Notes under the pieces: model-generated
Told to the model about the DNA's origin: nothing
The model's input: only the letters and a program-made list of their open reading frames with translations
Database searches by the model: none
Program-made: the position numbers and the translations under genes
Shown: in pieces, positions 61,605 to 64,000 of the stretch
Position numbering within the stretch: position 1 is the stretch's first letter
How the letters are laid out: each line of letters opens with the position of its first letter
DNA from: the human T2T-CHM13v2.0 reference genome, Homo sapiens
DNA: 64,000 nt
Strand: one strand, 5' to 3'
Assembly (NCBI RefSeq): GCF_009914755.1
Contig: NC_060929.1

Positions 61605-63172
61605 GCCATATATGAAAACCCACAGTAAACATCACATTCAATGGTGAAAGATGGAAAGCTTTTCCTCTAAGATGAAGAAAAAGGCAAGGATGTCTGCATT
61701 TTCAACATACTACTGATAGTTCTAGCCGGAGCAATTAGGCGATTAGGAAAAGAAATAAAAGGCATCCAAATTGTAAAGCAAGAAGTAAAATTATCTCTGT
61801 TCACAGACAACATGGTATCACTGTGGAAAACCTTAAAGATTGAATTAAAAATTATTAGAATAAATGAATTCAGCAAATTAACAGGACACAAAGTCAATAC
61901 ACAAAAATCAGGTGAATTTCTACACACTAACATAAGCAATTTGAAAAGAAATTACCAAAAAAAACAAAAAAAAAAGAAAATAAATTACAATTCAATTCAT
62001 AATAGCATCCAAAAGAATATTTAGGAATTAACCAAATAAGTCAAAGACCTACACAATAAAAACTATAAAACATTGGTAAAATAAATTAAAGAAAACATAA
62101 ATAAATGAAAACACATCCCATGTTTATGGATTGGAAGATGCAATACTGTTAAGATGCCATTACTACCTAGGGTGATCTACAGATTCCATTCAATCTCTAT
62201 CAAAACCCCAATGATGTTTATTGCAGAAACAGAAAAACCCACTTTAAAATTCACATGGAATCTCAAGGGATCCTGAATAGTAAAAACAAAAATGAAAAAG
62301 AAGAACAAAGCTGGAGGACTGACACTTCCTGATTTCAAAATGTACAAAGCTACAGTAATCAAAGCCATATGGTACTAACATAAAGACAGACATATAGATC
62401 AATGGAATAGAGAACTCAGGAATAAACCCTCACATATATGGTTAAATGATTTTTGGCAAGGGGGCCAGACCATTCAATGGGGGAAAGGATGATCTCTTCA
62501 ACAAATGATGCTGAGAAAACTGGATATCTACATGCAAAAGAATGAAGCTGGACCCTTACCTAATACTATACACAAAAATTAACTCAAAATGGATCAATGA
62601 CCTAAATACAAGACCTAAAACAAAAAAAAATTGAAGAAAATACAGGGCAATAGCCTGGGCACCATAACGAAACCCAGTCTCTACAAAAAATACAAAAAAT
62701 TAGCTGGGCATGGTGGTGTATGCCTGCAGTCCTAGCTATTCGAGAGGCTGAGATGGCAGAATCACCTAAATCCTGGAAGTCAAGGCTGCAGTGAGTCTGT
62801 GAGCCTTGACTGCACCCTGGCACTCCAGCAGAGAGGACAGAGTGAGACTCTGTCAAAAAAAAAGAAAGAAAAGAAAAGAAAAAGGCAAAAAGCTTTAGAC
62901 ATTTGATTTGGCTGTGATTTCTTGCACAGGACACCAAAGGAATGAGCAAGAAAAGAAAAAATAGACAAACTGTACTTCATAAAAAATATACAATTTTGTG
63001 CATCAAAGACCCTAACCAAAGTGTAAAAAGGCAACCCACAGAATAGGAGAAAATATTTGCAAATTATGTTTCTCATGAGTTAAGAGATTTCTTATAGCAC
63101 CTCATATACAAAGTATCTAATGTAACAGTAATTATTTCCTTTAGTAATTGAAGGAAAAATGGAAAATACTAC

Positions 63173-63292
63173 CTCATTTGAAGAATTTTCCTGCAAACTT
63201 GACACAGGAACAATTTCATTTGAATTAACATAATTGCTGACATTTGGAAATAGTTCTTCAAAAGATGCTTTTTGCACTGAGGACAAATCAAT
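63173..63292 (-). CDS. MEIKIN: MEIKIN internal coding exon (IDLSSVQKASFEELFPNVSNYVNSNEIVPVSSLQENSSNE)
   Basis: Acceptor TTCTTTTATAG|ATT, donor GAG|GTAGTA; 120 nt, phase 0-0; joins in frame to 30736; matches the recalled MEIKIN sequence. Confidence 0.92.
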
Positions 63293-63379
63293 CTATAAAA
63301 GAATACATTATTGTTTTGTGGAAGTTAAACATTGCAAAAGCAATGATTTTTAAGTAATTAAAGAAAAGTTGAAAAATAC

Positions 63380-63498
63380 CATCTCATTGGAAGCATTTTC
63401 CTGTAAACTTGACACAGGAACAATTTCATCTGAATAAACGTAATTACTGACATTTGGACATAACTCTTCAAAAGATGCATGTTTAGAGACAAATCAAT
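63380..63498 (-). pseudogene. Degenerate tandem copy of the adjacent MEIKIN exon (pseudo-exon)
   Basis: About 90% identical over 96 nt, 210-bp offset; net 4-nt deletion near its 5' end; homologous GT changed to AT; acceptor TTTTACAG intact. Confidence 0.9.
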
Positions 63499-63705
63499 CT
63501 GTAAAATGGGTTATAACATTCTTTCATTTTAAAGTAATTTTTTAATTAGGAATTTTTGTTTGCTATGATACACCAGAGATTTTTAAATCACTATCTCTAA
63601 CATAGAACTCTCTCCTAAGTGCCATATCCATTTTTCTATCAGGTTACTGAAATCACCACACATTTCTGTACCAAATTAAAAATTTCCAAAAAAGATGACT
63701 GATTG

Positions 63706-63859
63706 ATTTAGAGATGATTTAAGGTGTGCAGGATGCACGTAGGTTATATGCAAAAAACCAACACTATGCCATTTTACATCAGGAACTTTAGCATCCACAT
63801 ATTTTGGTATCTTTGAGAAGTCCTGGAACCAATTCCCCATGAATACTGAGGGATGACTG
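63706..63859. mobile_element. MER2-type Tigger relic (one end)
   Basis: AGGTTATATGCAAA...CCATTTTA.ATCAGG.ACTT..GCATCC...GGAACCAATTCCCC...GAGGGATGACTG followed by TA. Confidence 0.8.
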
Positions 63860-64000
63860 TATATAGTTAAGACAACTGAAAACATGTTTAACAAACACTT
63901 GTCAACAAATGTTCATAACAGTATTATTCATAATAGATAATAAATGGAAATAAATGCGCATAAACTGAATTGATAAACAAAATATGGTATATGTATATAA

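Noticed and set aside
63092-63286. Stand-alone 64-aa gene
   Set aside because: It is the MEIKIN internal exon read through into the intron, and its start is a TTG inside the exon.

Overview
Primate, most likely human, genomic DNA (a consensus-perfect AluYa5 is present), recognised as the FNIP1/MEIKIN locus, which I recall as 5q31.1. Both genes are on the minus strand in tandem. FNIP1 exon 1 ([30 protein letters not shown]) lies in a CpG island at ~8.2-9.6 kb, with intron 1 running to the left edge. The last three coding exons of MEIKIN (63173-63292, 30613-30736, 19100-19122) splice in frame to give IDLSSVQ...SSNE|FPANASEICCIIR...DTPQ|DIIIKMA*. Most of the rest is transposon-derived: >35 Alu copies or fragments, nested L1s, L2/MIR, an ERVL pol/dUTPase relic with three MLT2 LTRs, a two-LTR THE1C, MST/MLT1 LTRs and DNA-transposon relics. 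There is no prokaryotic-type system or CRISPR array. Best leads: (1) a frameshifted tandem copy of a MEIKIN coding exon with mostly synonymous differences, a possible poison or formerly coding exon; (2) an 11x27-bp perfect array of 22-bp palindromes inside an MSTA LTR; (3) a two-ATG uORF and several MiT/TFE-type E-boxes at FNIP1; (4) a sense MLT2A LTR with a perfect DUX4 motif; (5) a MEF2-like site cluster; (6) a recent 133-bp duplication upstream of FNIP1. Gene and repeat names come from recall, not database searches, and repeat boundaries are approximate unless a TSD is cited.
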